Shown here in pieces: positions 62,801 through 64,000 of a stretch of 64,000 nt of DNA. Numbering within the stretch: the first letter of the stretch is position 1; each line of letters starts with the position of its first letter. A program made the position numbers and the translations under genes. Location: assembly GCA_047495785.1 (NCBI GenBank), contig JBLDXI010000015.1, forward strand, positions 2,170,001 to 2,234,000, read 5' to 3'. Below the pieces are notes generated by a model. The model saw nothing but the letters and a program-made list of their open reading frames with translations, searched no databases and was not told the origin of the DNA. The stretch is from Lepidodermella squamata (lineage: Eukaryota > Animalia > Gastrotricha).

Positions 62801-64000
62801 TTTGATTCAAGAAGGCTGTAGTTTGAGGCACTGGTGTCAAATAAATTGGGTCGCAAGTCGGGCATTGATACGCCACAAATGTGAACTTTTTCAGAACCAA
62901 GTCTTCTTGATCGCTGAAACCACTGCACCTGATATCAAAATTAGTTGTCAGGGCATAACCTTCTTTTGGAGAAACGCGACAAGATGCCGCAGTAGCATTC
63001 GGTGGACTGTCGATATACATCACTGCCATCGATCGACCAACCCTAGTGCCGCCAGACATTTTGGCCTCTGATACAACGACAAATGCCCGCCGATATTGCT
63101 TCGGCCCGAAGGCGTTAGGGTCGAAGGTTATGTCCGGCCCCGATTTTCCGGTCGATGTCAAAAGGGTCCAATTTGCCAATGTTTCAAGCGAAGCTGCGTC
63201 TCTATCTTCGTCGTAGAAAGATGAAGCAATGAACTCCAAATAGAAGACCTCGGGCGCACCATCAGGGATAGGAATAAACAACCAATTATAGCGGTATATT
63301 CTACCAATAATTTTGTTGTCTATGGTTCGCCGAAATGCCATCCTAGCCGCCGGATTCATCAAACAGCCAACGCGATAATTTGTCCCGCAATTCGCGAGAG
63401 GAATTACACCACCAGAAGGCGGTTCTCCTTTCTCAAGTCGAACGCTTTGAACAGCATAGCTCATTCTTTTCGTTAATCGATCGAAAACAATTGCGAGCAT
63501 GTTGAAGGTTTCGTTTTCAAACATATATGACGTAGTTAAAGCAACAGTTCCATCTGCCTTTGTGTAGTAAGCAGTTATGTTGTAGGTCTTCGGCTTGCCG
63601 TCTTCATCCTTGAATGTCAACGAACGAATAAAACGCGGCAGGTTTATTGATGGGGCCAGTTCTTTCACAGGATACGGGAAACTCGGATCGTCCTTCGAAT
63701 GCCAGCCCTGATAAAAACAACCGGGTAAGTTCTTTCCCATTTTCTCCTCTTCGGCATCCTTTGCGGGACATGCAGTTGGCTTCCATTGTTGAGGATTATT
63801 GACAAAGCTGTCCGCCTGAGCATAAGTCTGAAATTGCGGCCAATTGCCTTCACAGGACCTCTTGCAGTAGAGATGAACCTCGAGCGGTGTGCTCAGTTCG
63901 TCAGGATCATAACTGTTCTTGCGAGCATTTACCAAATGAATTTGACCGGACCCGAAAATTCCATCAACATATGGCGGCATAGGGTTGAACTTTGCCACCA
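56867..64000 (-). CDS. Tandem paralogue of the PKD1-like gene (REJ to C-terminus; 5' part lies beyond the window)
   Basis: Near-identical protein and the same intron positions as 30867-38020; frames intact; introns diverged. Confidence 0.9.

Noticed and set aside
31074-63853. Antisense and alternate-frame ORFs 'conserved' between the two PKD1-like copies
   Set aside because: Conservation is a by-product of the duplicated coding sequence.

Overview
Eukaryotic DNA, most consistent with an invertebrate animal with a compact genome (mostly ~50-nt GT-AG introns); the species cannot be named from sequence. Layout: (1) 1.9-15.4 kb: a head-to-tail array of six orphan genes. Five share an ungapped ~42-aa N-terminal motif, followed by a coiled coil, an intron, and an NLS-bearing low-complexity tail; two tails carry motifs matching known RNA-factor docking sites (EDGEI, PPPGF). 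One intron holds a nested pair of non-autonomous DNA transposons, and a possible structured RNA lies between two of the genes. (2) An acidic secreted protein. (3) Ten tRNA genes (18.6-21.7 kb), the first seven at ~150-bp pitch, interrupted by a 1-kb TIR element. (4) A TIR/SEFIR-like + two NB-ARC + ~15-ankyrin NLR-like gene, an intronless GABA-B-like class C GPCR, and a trypsin with a GATA-rich promoter. (5) A complete ~25-kb polycystin-1/PKDREJ-like gene with a mosaic ectodomain, plus the 3' part of a tandem paralogue. The best candidates for undescribed biology are the orphan gene array and the double-NB-ARC ankyrin receptor. All exon models were built by eye and need RNA-seq confirmation.
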